A program made the position numbers and the translations under genes. Below the pieces are notes generated by a model that saw nothing but the letters and a program-made list of their open reading frames with translations, was not told where the DNA came from and ran no database searches. A stretch of DNA of 64,000 bases from Camelus dromedarius (lineage: Eukaryota): contig NC_087436.1 in NCBI RefSeq assembly GCF_036321535.1, positions 16,368,001 to 16,432,000 of the forward strand. The letters are read 5' to 3'. Positions 15,365 to 28,780 of the stretch are shown one piece after another. How positions within the stretch are numbered: the first letter of the stretch is position 1; each line of letters opens with the position of its first letter.

Positions 15365-15530
15365 ATGTGGACTTGATTCCTGGCCCCAGTGCCTACTAGT
15401 TGTGTGACTGGGATCTTCCGGAGACTCTGTTTCCTTGTATGTGGAATTGGTACGATAATGCCCACCTTATGGAGAATCAGATGAGGTGTAATACATGAAA
15501 AGGCCTGGTATGGTACCTGTCCCATCCTAA
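15365..15530 (+). mobile_element. MIR SINE
   Basis: attcctggcccca..gcctactagttgtgtgactggg...ctctgtttcct...ataatgcccacct. Confidence 0.65.
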
Positions 15531-16454
15531 GTTCCCAGCTGGTGTTACTTCTTTCCTTTACGTTGTTCAGTGTTAAACCTTTGGTTTGGGTTAGAAAACA
15601 TAACTGTAAACAAGAATGTAAATTACCGATTGCACCATAGAAAGAATCATAAAATGTTGACACTAGAGAAGTAATTTGAGACTGTTCCCTGGAGAACATG
15701 TGCAGAGTTCATTGTAAAGTGAGGCAAGGAGAAAACAGAAGACAAGAGTAAGTCATTAATTTTGTTTTTCTCAACAACCTTGTACTAAACCTAACTTATG
15801 TAATAAGGCTAAAGAGTTGAAAGGCAAGTCCCTGCCCTTGTCAGCTAGAGTTCATTGTCTAGGAGGGAAATATGGATAAGTAAACAGTTATAATCCTGTG
15901 ATAAATTCACTATAGAGATAAGGACCTGGTATGTATGCGTAAGTGTAGAGGGTAGACACTAAACCCAGCCTGCCTGAGACCAGGCATGTTTTCTGGGAAA
16001 TGAGAGGCTCGAGCTGTAGATTGAAGGATGAATAAGAACACTGGGTAGAGTCGTGAGCAGAGGACAGCTACTCAGAAGAAATCGTAGAAGCCCCCTGCAC
16101 AGAGTGAAAGAGATCATGGCTGGAGAATACGTATGTGGCGTGAACCGAAGGTGATAAGGTGAGAGAGACAGACAGGAGCCAGACCATACAGGGCCTTCAA
16201 GGCCATAAAAAGTCAGTTTAACTGCATTATAAGATAGTGAATTGAAGGCCGGAGGTCGGTGACATCACCACATATGTGTTTTAGAGCCTGTCTGAAAGAC
16301 GGCTGAACAAATAAGAGCTGAAAAGTACTCACTGGATTATTCTAAGAGTCACTGGTGGTGTTAGAGCAGGACACTTAGACGGTGGGGGACTGTGCTGTGA
16401 TTGCGAGGCAAGCAAGTCAACACAGTGAGGAAAGGAAACAGTTGGAGGGAGAAC

Positions 16455-16606
16455 TTTTAACTGCTTTATTAAGATAAAGTTTGCATAGGATAGAATTCAC
16501 CCACTCGAAGTGTACAGTACAGTAGTTTGGGTGTATTTACAAGCGTCACCACAAGCTAATTTTAGAAGATTTATTCACCATGAAAAGAAACCCCGTACCC
16601 ATTACC
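16455..16606 (-). mobile_element. L1MB-type 3' terminal fragment
   Basis: gctttattaagata...aattcacccactcgaagtgtacagt...ttttagaagattttattcacca..aaaagaaaccccgtacccatta. Confidence 0.7.
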
Positions 16607-17259
16607 AGAACTCTAACAGAGAAATTTTTTTTAATGGGTAGATAATTGACCATGTATCTGTGTTAATTGGACAGATCCAAAGAGAGAGAAGCATGTCAAA
16701 CATACAGGAAAGAAAGCATTTAATATACTATCAAGCTCCAGGAGGAAAAGAAAGGGAATGAAGTCCAGAACACATACAGTGATGAGCACAGGACAGCAGG
16801 GAACAATACTGCCTTGTCTGTGGTTGGAGGGGAGAAGGTTAGCCTGGGGACTAAGTAAATGAGCAGGGATGAGGTAGAAAGGCAACAAGATCATGAGGGT
16901 TTGGACCAAGAGTGGGATAATATTTATGGAAATGCCTAACATAGTGATAGGTGCTTAATAGATGCTCATTAATATATAAATTATTTTTTCCTTTCCATGT
17001 TGTTTTTCTCTGTTCTCAACAGCAGAGAATAGGTTTAGAAAAAGGGGTGTGTGTGCGTATGTGTGCTGCCTGTCTGTCTGTCTAATTGTGTATGGGGAGA
17101 GAGAGTTGACGTTTGGCCATGGGAGAATGGTGGAATCTCTGAAAAGGGGTTGAGAGTGGAAGGGTGGTTGATGACATTGTTAAAGGAATATTGTTGACAT
17201 GATGGTCTAGGCTGGTTTGGCTAAATGAGAAGGGGGCTGATAAATTGGGAGAGTTTCTT

Positions 17260-17460
17260 CTTTCATTCATTTATTTAGCAAATAATCATTTTGTTCATGG
17301 AGCCAAAAATACAGAGATGAACAAGAAGGTCAGACAAAGCCCCTTCCCTCTTGGAGCTCACATTCTAATGGGGTGCACAGAAAATAAACAATGAAAACTA
17401 ACTTCAGTTAGTGATAAGTATTATGAAGATAATAAGGCTGAGTTAGGGGATACAGAGAGA
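17260..17460 (-). mobile_element. L2 3' fragment
   Basis: ttcattcatttatttagcaaata...ccctcttggagctcacattctaatgggg. Confidence 0.65.
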
Positions 17461-18434
17461 CTCAGAAGCAGGACCATCTTCTGGTTTATTTCTCACCCCG
17501 TCTCCAGGCTACACCATCTTTTCTTCAGAATCTTGTTCCTCTAAGAGGCTTAAACATCTCTATTATTAGTAAATTTGTACATGCACTTGGCTTATATTAA
17601 AACATTATCCCTGCAAAATCACAATAGCAGAACCAGGATAGATTTGTGCCTCTCTAGTTTTAAAAGCAGACTAGACTAGACTTCTTTCTCTTCAGTAGCT
17701 GTAGTTTTGCTTTTACTGTCTATTGTCTATTTAGTTCAGTTTGGAACACTCAGATGTTCACCCAGTCACACCCAGAGGCAAGCTGTCTACATACAAGTCA
17801 TGCAGTCACCTACTGCTTGAGAAAAGCTCTGTTCCTCTTGAGAAAGTTTTATTCTGGAGTGAACGGTTAATACATATGGTAGAGTAAGTGATCATAAAAA
17901 TAATCTCTCTATAAAAAAAGCACTAAACGATAGAAATAATAACCATAAGAAGAGGAAAAGTAATCAGAGAAACAGCCTGCGGCACATTAAGCTTTTATGT
18001 TGTTTTTAATTTTTAGAAAACAGCTGGGTTATCAATATACAGCTATGTCCTGTATTTGCATATATCACACACTGGAAAGAATTCTTTTTCATGAAAATAT
18101 ACATTTTTTTCCCCAATATCTGTGACCTCCGACTAGAGGATGTATTTCTGTCTTTAGCTGTTAATTCTAACAGGCCTCTTTACTCTTCTTTATTTCTCTA
18201 TTCTTGGGGGTACCTTTTTTTTCCCTTTTTCTCTCCCTTTAGCATTTTTAATCTACTCTGTTTTCCTAGCATTACATATGTTCTTTTATAAACAAGGTAC
18301 AAATGAATAAAAATTGGTTATTTTCTGGTTGTTAATTCTGCTGAATTTGGTTTCACTCATTCACCTTTCTTCCTTCTACCACCATTTAAAGAACTAAAAA
18401 CCAAGAAAGAAGACGTTTAAAAAGAGAAAAATTA

Positions 18435-18598
18435 GGGAGAGTATAGCTTAGCGGTAGAGTGCGTACTTAGCATGCACAAGGTCCTGGATTCAATCCCCAG
18501 TACATCCACTAAAAAATAAATAAAATTAAAAATTAATTAAAAAATATATGAAGAAACCTAATCCCCCCCCACACACACAAACAAAAAAGAAAAAAATA
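18435..18598 (+). mobile_element. tRNA-Ala-derived SINE (camelid Vic-1 type), copy 1
   Basis: gggagagtatagcttagcggtagag..cttagcatgcacaaggtcctggattcaatccccagtac: A and B boxes, AGC anticodon loop, then A-rich linker, aaacctaat(c)n and an A-rich tail. Confidence 0.85.
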
Positions 18599-19289
18599 AG
18601 GATTATTGAATTCAGAGTCAGGTTATGAGTAAGAATAAATATTTTTATTAAGATAAAAAACCTAAAATCCAAATTCACAAAATAAATACATGATGAATTG
18701 AATATTCATTCCCTTTACAAAATAATCTCTCTTTTCCTAAAAAATGTAAAATAAGTATTTTCCTTAAATAATTTCTTTAATATATTTAGAATGTTATTGT
18801 CTTGACAGGCATGATTTCTAGAACATTTCTGTATCCTTTCTTATATCCAGAATTCACCTATCAATTATTAAATAAATGGTAAATGCTCTATCTGAAACTT
18901 GAGAGCCCAGTTAGCTAGCGCTTAGTATAGAACAGTTCATTGATGGAGTTTCAGTAGGTCAGAAATAAGTGTTTAAAAAACTGGATGTACAGTGATGTTT
19001 TTTGAGTGAGATGTTAAGTATACTACACATCAGAGCACAAAGGAGAAACAGCCAACCCAGGTGAAGGCAGTGATAACTGCCTGAACATAATCCTTAAGAA
19101 ATGAGGCGTGAAGTAGGTGAAGCAGTAGAAATGGTAGGGGAACTCAAAGCAGAGAGCACTCATATGGGAAAAAAGCATAGAGTGACTCCACGACTGGAAA
19201 TTAACATGCAGGGGCAGTGGCAGGGGGCGCTGTAAGAAGTTGGTGATGAAGAGCCACTAGGTTGATGGTGTCTCCCAAGCACATTTGGA

Positions 19290-19740
19290 AACCATTCGTG
19301 TCTGTCTGTCATTAGTCTAAGCCAGGCTAGCATTAGACCTGGTCACCCTTTCCTACCCTTAACCATCTACAATCCACTTTCCACAGAGCTGCCAAAGTGA
19401 CATTTTAAAACTGTAAATGAGATCGTGTCCCTCCTCTACTTAAACTTCCAAATTTCACATTAAACAGAGAATAACATCCTGCCCGCCCCCCACGACCTGG
19501 CCCCTGCCTGCCTCTCTGATCTCATGCCAGCCTATTCTGGTTCTCATTCGTGTGTCCTGTGGCACTGACCTTCTTTCTGTTCCTGATCATGCAAAGGTTG
19601 TCGCTGAATTCACACCTTATGAGAGCCATTTTCTCCGACCGTTCCAGATTTTCACGTGCTGGTTCCTTGTCATTTATGCCTCAGCTGGAAGATTATGTCT
19701 TCGGCAGGGGCTTCCCTTCATACATCCAATCCAGTATCTT
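19290..19740 (+). mobile_element. L2 fragment
   Basis: tccactttccacagagctgcca..gtgacattttaaaa...ccctcctctacttaaacttcc...cacgacctggcccctgcctgcctctc. Confidence 0.65.
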
Positions 19741-20235
19741 TTTGTTACTCATTTTAATTTAAAGCAAAAGACTGTGATATATGTGATACAGATTCTTGGA
19801 AATCTTTTGAGACGGGACTCCTCTTGGGCATGGTCTGTTTTCATAAATGTTCTCTGTGTACCTGAAAAACAGTGGGTGCTCCAGTTTTTAGGAGTGGAGG
19901 CCATTTTACGGTGAGGTAGTGAGTGAGTAATGACAAGTAAGGAGGTGACTGTGAGTTTTTATTATTAATATTAGTTACTGTTCTGTGCTATGTTTGACCT
20001 TAATCTAAAGGATTCCATACTTCTGTTCTTCCTCAGTTGTTATGCTCTCTTTTTATATTTTTCCTGTTTCCCTTCTAAAACTATCAGTTCCCACTTCTTG
20101 CTGCTGTGTCAGTATGTCAGCCTTGGAAGGGGCATCCTTCCCATACCGTACAGTTAGCGACTTCTTGCATGTTGCAGTCTGAGAAGCCAAGTAACCAGAT
20201 TTGATAGAATTAAATTTAGTCAGTAGGTTTTGATT

Positions 20236-21640
20236 ACTTCACCAGATACAAAACCATAAACCACAGTAATCAAAACACTGTGTTCTAGGGGGTGGGAAGG
20301 GATAAACTTGAGAGTTTGAGATTTGCAGGTGTTGGCCACTGTATATAAAAAATAGATTTAAAAAAATATGCTCCTTCTGTATAGCACAGGGGATTATATT
20401 CAATATCTTGTAGTGGAAGGGAATATGAAGGCAAATATGTGTGTGTGCGTGCATCGCTGGGACATTGTGCTGTGTACTAGAGATTGACACATTGTACCTT
20501 TCACTTCAGTGAAAACAAAACAAAACAAAACACTATGTTCTGGTGAAGGAACTAAGGTTCAATGGAACAGAATAGAGCTTCCAGAAATAGCAATATTACA
20601 CGTAAGAATATATGATAAAGGTGGTATTTAAAATCACCAGGGAAAGGCTGTCTTATTCAGTGTGATGTTGGGACAGCCAGCTAATTGTGTACAACAAATT
20701 AATTTAAATCCCTGTTTCACATCTTAAAGTGAAAAAATTTATGGACGAAATAATGTATTTATTTGGAATAAAGATTATATTGTAAATATAAAGAGTACAA
20801 CTACGGAACTTAGAAGATACTATAGGTGAATAGTTTTATAATCTTGGAATGGAGAAGGCCCGTTTTGTAAGTCAATATCAAAACAGTCATTAAGGAAATT
20901 TATGTATTTGTCTACATAAAAACAAGTTTTTGTAGATCCAAAAAAAAAAAGCAATAATAATAAGTTCAGGAACAGATAATTCACAAAAGATGAAATACAA
21001 GCCATGAAGGAAGCCTCACTAGTAATCAGTGTAATTCAATTTAAAATCTAACACATTTTTGCCTATTAAATTTTCTAAGATAAAAAATAACTGAAAATTC
21101 CTAATATCAGTTAAAAAACAGACACTGTCATATATTTGGTGAGGATGAAAATAGGTTGAATCTTTATAGCAATCTGTATCAGTTTTTAAAATACTTATCT
21201 ACTCTTTACTTAGAGCTTTAGCCAAAAGGAATAATTGAACAGGTATATAAAAAAAAAAAAGTTCAGGTGTATAGTTGTTCACCATAGCAAAAAAAAAAAA
21301 AAAAAAAAAAAAAAACACAAAGAAACAAAAACCACATAAATGTCTTAACAGTAGAGAACCAGTAAAAAAATATTGGTGAATCCATAAAGTGGAATAAAAA
21401 ATATTGCTATATAGGTCTATATGTATTGTTATGGAAGAGTATTTTACCATATTACATTGAAAAACATGTTATGAAACATAGAAAATACAAATTTTATGAT
21501 GTGTGTATATGCTTAGGAAATTTCTGAAATTATAGACCCCAAGGTGTTTATATGGTCATCTAACCAAAGATAGTCATTGTTATAGTTATTATCTTTGGTC
21601 AGTGAGATTACGGAATTCTTTCATTTGGTACTTTCTATGT
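20236..21640 (+). mobile_element. Ancient L1M(E)-type LINE remnant (ORF2 C-terminus and 3' UTR), interrupted at 20287-20525
   Basis: Degenerate ORF2 coding motifs acagtaatcaaaaca..., caatggaacagaatagag (QWNRIE), tgataaaggtg, cctcactagtaatcag. Confidence 0.75.
20287..20525 (+). mobile_element. Younger artiodactyl-lineage L1 3' end with 16-bp TSD
   Basis: gggataaacttgagagtttgagatttgcag...tgtatagcacagggg..tatattcaatatcttgtag, (aaaac)n tail. TSD caaaacactgtgttct (20271-20286) / caaaacactatgttct (20526-20541). Confidence 0.85.
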
Positions 21641-24600
21641 TCTGAAAAGTATTTCTCTTTTAAATCAAGAGAAAAAAGCCAACCCATAGCTCTTTCTCTT
21701 TCTGAAAATCCAAACAAATGATGCAGTTAGCATGAGCATCACGATGCTGACTTTGCTTTTGGCTGTTTGGAGGTCTTTTGTGATTACTTTTTGGGCTTGG
21801 CCGTGTTTAATGTTGCTTGGATACTGACTTTGTATAATGATCTTCATTTGATAACTTTGATAAAGGTGAGGGAATTTGTAATTTCTTAACTTTTGTCTCA
21901 CTCAGAAATTAGGACCTCTGAGCTCGTAGTGTGTTATTTAACTCACTGAACTAGGATTCTTTTTCATACTTTTTAGCCATTTAAATTTATTTCTTCATTT
22001 TTGCCATCATATTTGAGGAGGACCAAAAGGATCACTTCAACTCCTAGGGAAAATATCTTAGCTACACCACTGTTAATTGTAGCTCTTACCATCATTTTCT
22101 AAAATCAAGAAGGCTTTTGGCCTAAGATTCATGAATTCTAGATTTCTGGGTTCACTACTAAACTGTGTATATATGTATATATATTTAAATGGCTATATAA
22201 AGAGATTTAACAACTTATTTATCAGAAAAATGTGTATTAACTATAAAATTTCAAAGAATATGAAAGTATAAAGTAAGAGAGTAGAAAGCTTCTATCCCCA
22301 ATTTTGGTCTTTGTTTGCTAAGGCTAGAGTCACGTGCTGAAGTCAGTGATAATAGTTTCTATATGTTGTGCTTTGATATTTACAGAAAAAAGCCTCTGCC
22401 ACACAATTCATTGCCTTTTACTAATGCCTGAAACTGCACCATTATAGATAATTTACTTAGTCACAGGTTTTTGGCAGGGAAACAATTTTTTCCAGTCATT
22501 CAGCTCTGTGCATAGGACTTGATCGTAGATTTTGACAAAAGGAAAAGTACAGACACAACAGGGTCCGAGCAGCCTTTGTGTAGGGGCAGCGGGGGCCAAC
22601 CCTGGGGTGTGCCAGAGCTAGGAAGAAAAGGTGGAGATTCAAAGGCCAAAAGATAGACTGCACAGGTAGGTTTTGCTTAGGGGCAGCATAAATATGAACC
22701 TTGTCATCTCTGCATTTTCATCTTGCACCTTACCTTAAGTCCTCACCACGTTTCCTCAGGAAGCATCATTTTCTCCTTTACTTTTCAAGCAAATGCAATG
22801 TTATTTTATGTCTATGTCAGTTCAGAAATTAAAGTTATTAATTTCCTAATGAAAATGGAACTCAGCTCTGTTAACTTAAATGGGTAGGGAAAAGTTAAAG
22901 GAGAGCCACCTTGTTGCTCTATTTAAAGAATTATATACAGTGGGTCTCATAGCGTGAAAGTAAAACCTGAAAAGTTTTCCCAAAGTTGTTTAGTGTCAGT
23001 GGTTGGTTTTCCCTCTCCCAAATTTATCCTTTCAAATGCCGTGTTAGTAACACATAATCACTCTGAGAAGGTCTGTTTTCCAAAAGAAGCAGCAGCAGTG
23101 TTTAAGTTTACATGACCCCAGTTTCATGACAGCAGTAGCAAATCAGATATCTTATCCGAGAGAAGGCATTTTTGGCTTAGAATTCAATCACTTTCATGGT
23201 GGGAGTCAACAGCTTATTTCAGCCCTAACACTACTGCAGAACACTGGCTGCAGTGAATCTTTCAGAAAGCATAAACACAATTGGTATTTATAGCATTGTT
23301 AACATTTGTTAAATAGTTAGAGGAATGGTCTGTAAGCCTGTTGTAAGCAGGTGGGGCAGGAATCTTTGCTGTGGCTGCCGTGAGATTTGGAAGTAGGACA
23401 ACAGGACAACGCGGTTACGATGGTTGTAGCAGTAGAGTAAGTTAGAAGTATTGAATGCGGGAAGTTAAGACTTCACGCAGCCACAATTCAGAGTGTTAAA
23501 AAAATAATCCCGAAGCATCTCTGGCCAGAATTGTGTTACACAGATGACATGCTTGACACAGTGCAGGGCAGGAACTGTACAGTGAAAAGCCAAATAAACG
23601 GTAAGGATTAGTCAAGTTTTAATTGAAAACCTACATAAAAAATACCTTGAAATTACGCCAGACTTTCTTGTGTATTAAAACCACAATCACAGTTTTCCCT
23701 TAGTCGATTAAATAAACTTCGAAGTTGCCAGAAAAGCTAATCTCTGTATTTTGCTAGTGATTAGGCCTATTGCAGACTTACTAGTTAAATAGGTGGAGCT
23801 AAATTATACATCCAAGGAGATAAAACAAAGCGTTAATATTTTTTTATGACTTCCTCCCTATCTGCTCCCCAAGAAATCCTGACCCGTTCTATTATGCCAA
23901 TGCCTTTCGTCATAAACCTCTGCTCTTTTCAGGCACCGTCTTCATTTTAAATTGAAAGTGTAAAAATTACTCATAAATCAAGTGACTGAATTTTGTTCTT
24001 GAAATTTTAAACTAAATGCAAGTTTCTAGAAAAATTAAGATTAAAGATTACATAGATTTGAAAATCTATGTAAGATTATTTTCAAGTGTGACAGATTTCT
24101 TAATGTTCAGAATAGCAATGTTGCTCTATTTCTAACAAAGATGAGGGAGTTTACTTAGAATCTCTATTCTTAGTCTTCGTTATTGGTACAAAGAAGCAAC
24201 TGAGATTCCATTAGCACAGTACTCAGGAAATACTTAAGAGCAAATTTTCTCAATGTTGAGTATGATGTAACTACGTTATAGCAGGAAACTTGCCTTCCCT
24301 CTCTCTGTCCCGGCCTGTACTGTGTAACTGGCGGGGTGTGTTTGTGTGTTGTGTGTATGTGTATGTGTATGTGTATTGTCTTTCAGGCTCCAAGTTCTTT
24401 GAGTCAAGAATTCCTCAGTGTACCTCATTTCAGCATTCTTACACAGTGGATGCTCACAAATATTATTGAGAAAAATAGACTAAGTGATCCTTAACAAATG
24501 AATGACCATGACATAGTTTAAACACATCTGTCTGGTTTTGAGAAATAATTTTAACCTTCTGAATGCAATAAATTAACTGTCCTGCTGTTTTGTTTTGTTT

Positions 24601-25539
24601 TTTTTTTTCCTTTACGAACTTTTTACTATGTTTCCACTGTGTTTGCCCCTTAGTATTGGCCATGTCTTTGAAGCAACATTCCACTTATTTTTCTAGGCAG
24701 GCTGCTTTATCTGCTCGTTTCCAGTAGCTAGAGATGGAGGTGTTTTGAATGAGCACATCAATGTTCTAGACAGAGATACTGTTTGAAATTATCCATGAAC
24801 ACAGTGCCGCTGAACATTATTGAGTGACATTTGTTTCTGTTGGTTGTGTCTGCTCTGACTAGCTGGTTTCTTTCAGATTGGCAGCTGGGATTATGCTGCA
24901 GTGGATGGACAGCTACAAGAAGTGGAGATTGTAGTGAGGCTGGGCTGGGCCTCCGTGTAATGTGCCTGGAATGTATGGGCTCAGCTAAAGGCACTGATCG
25001 GAAATCTGTGCATATTTTCACAATTTATAAGTACTTTATAGTAACTTCCATAAAACTATTGAGTAGATATATAAGTAAAAATACTCCTTTTCCTCCCTAA
25101 TTTTTCCCTCTCCCCTGGTTTCCTATCACTGCAGTCTTTTTTTTTTTTAAGACAGATTTATTTTATTTAACAAGGCACTCGTTCTCTTTGCTTTTTAAAT
25201 ACCATCATGATATGCATACGCCCTCAAATACCTAATGTAAATAGAACAGTGTACTTACAAATTGTCATACCTTTCTAAATATTTAATTAATAATAAATGA
25301 TGGTAAAATATTGATAAAACTAATGGCTTCTTGAAGTCAGATGAAAATAAGTTAGGGAATAAGCTCAAAATAACAAAATTAGTTTCTTCGCAAGGTCTAT
25401 TTATTTTACAATCTGTGACCAATTTATCAGCTGCAGTTGTTCCTAGATGTTAATACTTCTGCTTACTGGAAAAACTGAAGTTCATAAAGCTATATCAAAT
25501 ATTGTCAGATTTTTCTTTGGACTTTCATAGGTTTTTTTT

Positions 25540-26060
25540 AGTTTTAGATTTTTTTCAAAACAATTTTTTTTTACTATTCTTGATCTTAAAAGTAATACAT
25601 GCTTTTCTAAGATGTCAAATAGTATAAAAGTGAAGAAGGTATTCATTTTTATTCTGCCAATCTTTTCATCCATCCTCCCACCAGAGATAATAGCTGATAA
25701 TAGTTTGGTATGTACCTTTCCAGATTTTACACATGTGTATTCATGCATGTACTCACATAGCACATAAAAATGTGTGTTTATTTAATTTTTATTTTTTATT
25801 TTTTACTTAGATGAGATCATACACTGTATTCTTTGGTAACTGGGAATTTTTTCATCAGTATAGTATAGACTAGTTTCCATGACACATATATTCAGCTTAA
25901 CTCACTCATTTTAATGACTGTATGGTATTTCATTAACATAGTTAATTAGTTTTCCGCCCTAATTTTACTATTGCAGAGTGCTATAATAACCATCTTTGTG
26001 TCTAAATCTTTTTGCATTGGTCTGATTTTTAGGAAAATTTGCAAAAGTGGAATCAGTAAC
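25540..26060 (-). mobile_element. Old L1ME-type 3' UTR remnant
   Basis: taaaagtaatacatgctt...ccagagataatagctgataatagtttggtatgtacctttccaga...gagatcatacactgtat. Confidence 0.6.
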
Positions 26061-28004
26061 TCAATCTTTATTTGAAAACATGAAAATTTGACTTTTAACT
26101 AAGTTTTTGTTTTTCTCTGTCTAATTTCTCAAAATTAAAAAAAAAAAACCTTTGTCTTTCAAGTTCAAATTTATATAGAATTACTTCTGTTCAGTTAACT
26201 TATTTCTTCACTTTATCCCTCTTCTGTGTGGATTACTTTGCATAATTTGTTGACTAAATATCTGCTATTGTTTATTTTGAACAAAAAGTCTGATTGAGTT
26301 TTAGAAATTCCTCATGCTAGTAGTACATCCATGACACTTTTCTCGATGGGCTATTTATCTTTTGCATTATGCTTTACAAGGTTTGAATTCGATGTTTTTT
26401 TTTTTCCTAGGGCACTTTAATATTTACATTTCAATCTTAAAAGATTCTTTTAAAGAATTTGAGTTAGGTTCATTATGCTAATTTTTTTTAAATTTTGTGC
26501 TTTTATTGCTCTAAATACTCAAAAGTAACTCTGTATTTCATTACCTATGTTGAAGGGTCTAGCTTCTCAATGTTTCTAAATGTTGCCTTGCCTTTTTTTT
26601 TTTTTTTCACCAGCTAGAGGTGTTATGCAAACAAGACCATATATATTATAAAGATAATTTTCTCTTTTTAGAGCCTTCATTTTTAATCAGCACGTTTACT
26701 TGTTATGTGAGGCTCTTTGGCCTTACTGGTTAATGTTACCGGAATTTTTTGTCCTTCAGGAGTTAAATGCTAACTTAAACATAAGATTAGTGTGCTTTTT
26801 TAATTTGCTAATACCAAAGCTAAATTTTTACAGTGGCCTCAAAGGGCACTGAAGCTGGTTCACTAGAGAGTCAGTTAGTAAACGGAGTGGAAACCAGTCA
26901 AATATCCAGCAAGTTGTTCTCCAGCTTAATTCAAATGTGTGAAGGGCAAGACGAAAACAGACATAAGTGATAATATGATATGTAACACAGGAGAAGTCAC
27001 TCGCTGGCTGTCATGTGACTCTTTTTAAGTGTCATGAAAAGTGAATTAATTTCTGAAATCCAAAATATGAAGTCTTACTTGGATTTGTAAATATCTCTTG
27101 GTAAGGAGTTACTCTTGAATCTTAAGATAGCTTTCTAGAATTTAATTTTGGTAATGTCAGAAATTTTTAATATATTAATAAATGGTATTTTTTTCTTAAT
27201 AAATGATTTTTTCCATTTCCCCATCCCAATTTTATAGTGCTTTTCGATGTAAATACATAGGGGATAAAATGCAATTTCGGAGTTGTGTGCTTAAAAAGAG
27301 CAGAGTACTTATGTGTTTACCTTAATTGCATCCATATGTTTAAGTTCTTTCTCCCCCAAACCCATCTTAAAAAAGTTTTACAGCTTTATTGTTGGTTACT
27401 AAGTGTTGTACTGAGTTAACTTGTTTCCTCTGTTAGATTAAAAAGACTATTGCAAAGAGACTAAAATAATCATTATTAAGTTGAAGTCCTGCATTGCCAC
27501 TAAGCCAGTCTACTTTCCTTCCCTTTTCTTTCTTTTCTTTCATTCTTTCATTTTATCTAGCGTGTGTACCTGTATTCTCTCTCTATATTCTGCCCCTTTC
27601 TCTATAGCCATAAAAATCATGGAATTATGCAGTCGTTGGCACAGAAAACAATAGAATACACAGCTTGCTGAAAATCTTTTCATAATATTTCCATTTGGAA
27701 ATCCATTAATAAATTCTCTAGGTAATATTTGAGATGCTGTTTATAAAATACAAATATGTGGTTTTATTGGAGTGTCTTGAAGTATTTGTGTAGTCTTTTT
27801 TACTACTATGTATTTTAACATCTGGAATGCTGCCTGCCTGAATTCAGGTTTATTATAGAAAGTAGTAAGAGGCTATTTACAGAAGTATTTGGGAATTGGT
27901 GGACGAGGATGAAGTAAGCTTTGTGGTAGCGATGTTTAATAGAATTTTTTTTGGTGCTGGGCTGCTCTGTAGTAGTGTTAGGAATGTGTCTTTTAGCTAC
28001 GTCA

Positions 28005-28440
28005 CTGCTGAATTATGAATGGATAAGATTCATTTATTCAGTGAATATTTATTGAGCACCTACTGTGTGTCAAGCCCCCAGAAGCACAGAAAGACTTAGC
28101 AGTCTCTGGTCTCAAGGAGACTTAGAGTCTAATTGATAAGACAGAAATTAGACCAGTAACCAGGATTTTAGTCAAGTAGGTGGTTGGGGTCTGTGCACAG
28201 CGCTTCAGGAGCAACAGGGAGGGGCAGCAACAGTCTGGATGAGATCTAGAAAGAGATTCCCCAGAGTACAGAGATGCCTGAACTGAGTCTTAGAGAATGA
28301 GGAGGAGGCAACCACACACAGAAAAAGGGAATAGAAACATTAGGAAAACAGTGTATGCAAAGGCAGTGTGACAACTTACATCTCACATGCAGAGTGTGAG
28401 GGGGACAGTGTCAGGATGAGACTGGAAACATGGGAAGCTA
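28005..28440 (-). mobile_element. L2 3' region
   Basis: ttcatttattcagtgaatatttattgagcacctactgtgtgtcaagc...ctcaaggagacttagagtcta. Purine-rich L2-like sequence resumes at about 29960-30960. Confidence 0.75.
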
Positions 28441-28539
28441 GGTGACTATTCATCTTACTTGTAAGTAGGTCGTAACATTTATTAAATGCTTACTTAACCT
28501 CAGCCAGACACTATGTAAAATCTTTTACGTACATGCTGT

Positions 28540-28780
28540 AATAATAACATCAAACAGTTACTGATATGTCAAGAACCATTCTACGTGTTTTATATTATCT
28601 CATTTAATCTTCACAACAACCCAATAAATACTTACTGTTATTATCACCATTTTTAGATGTGAACCTAAGGCATAGAAGGTTGAGTGACTTGCCAGAGTCA
28701 CTCAGCTAATGTATGATAAAGCTAATCTTTGAACTGAGGCAGTCTGATCCCAGTGTCTGCATACGTAACCCCACGCTCCG
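28540..28780 (-). mobile_element. MIR SINE
   Basis: attatctcatttaatcttcacaacaaccc...ccatttttagatgtgaacctaagg..aggttgagtgacttgcc. Confidence 0.8.

Noticed and set aside
15250..15699. 149-aa minus-strand ORF
   Set aside because: Runs through a MIR and resembles no protein I recognise.
18435..18510. tRNA-Ala gene
   Set aside because: Degenerate stems, an altered B box, an A-rich SINE tail and a second dispersed copy indicate a SINE, not a functional tRNA.
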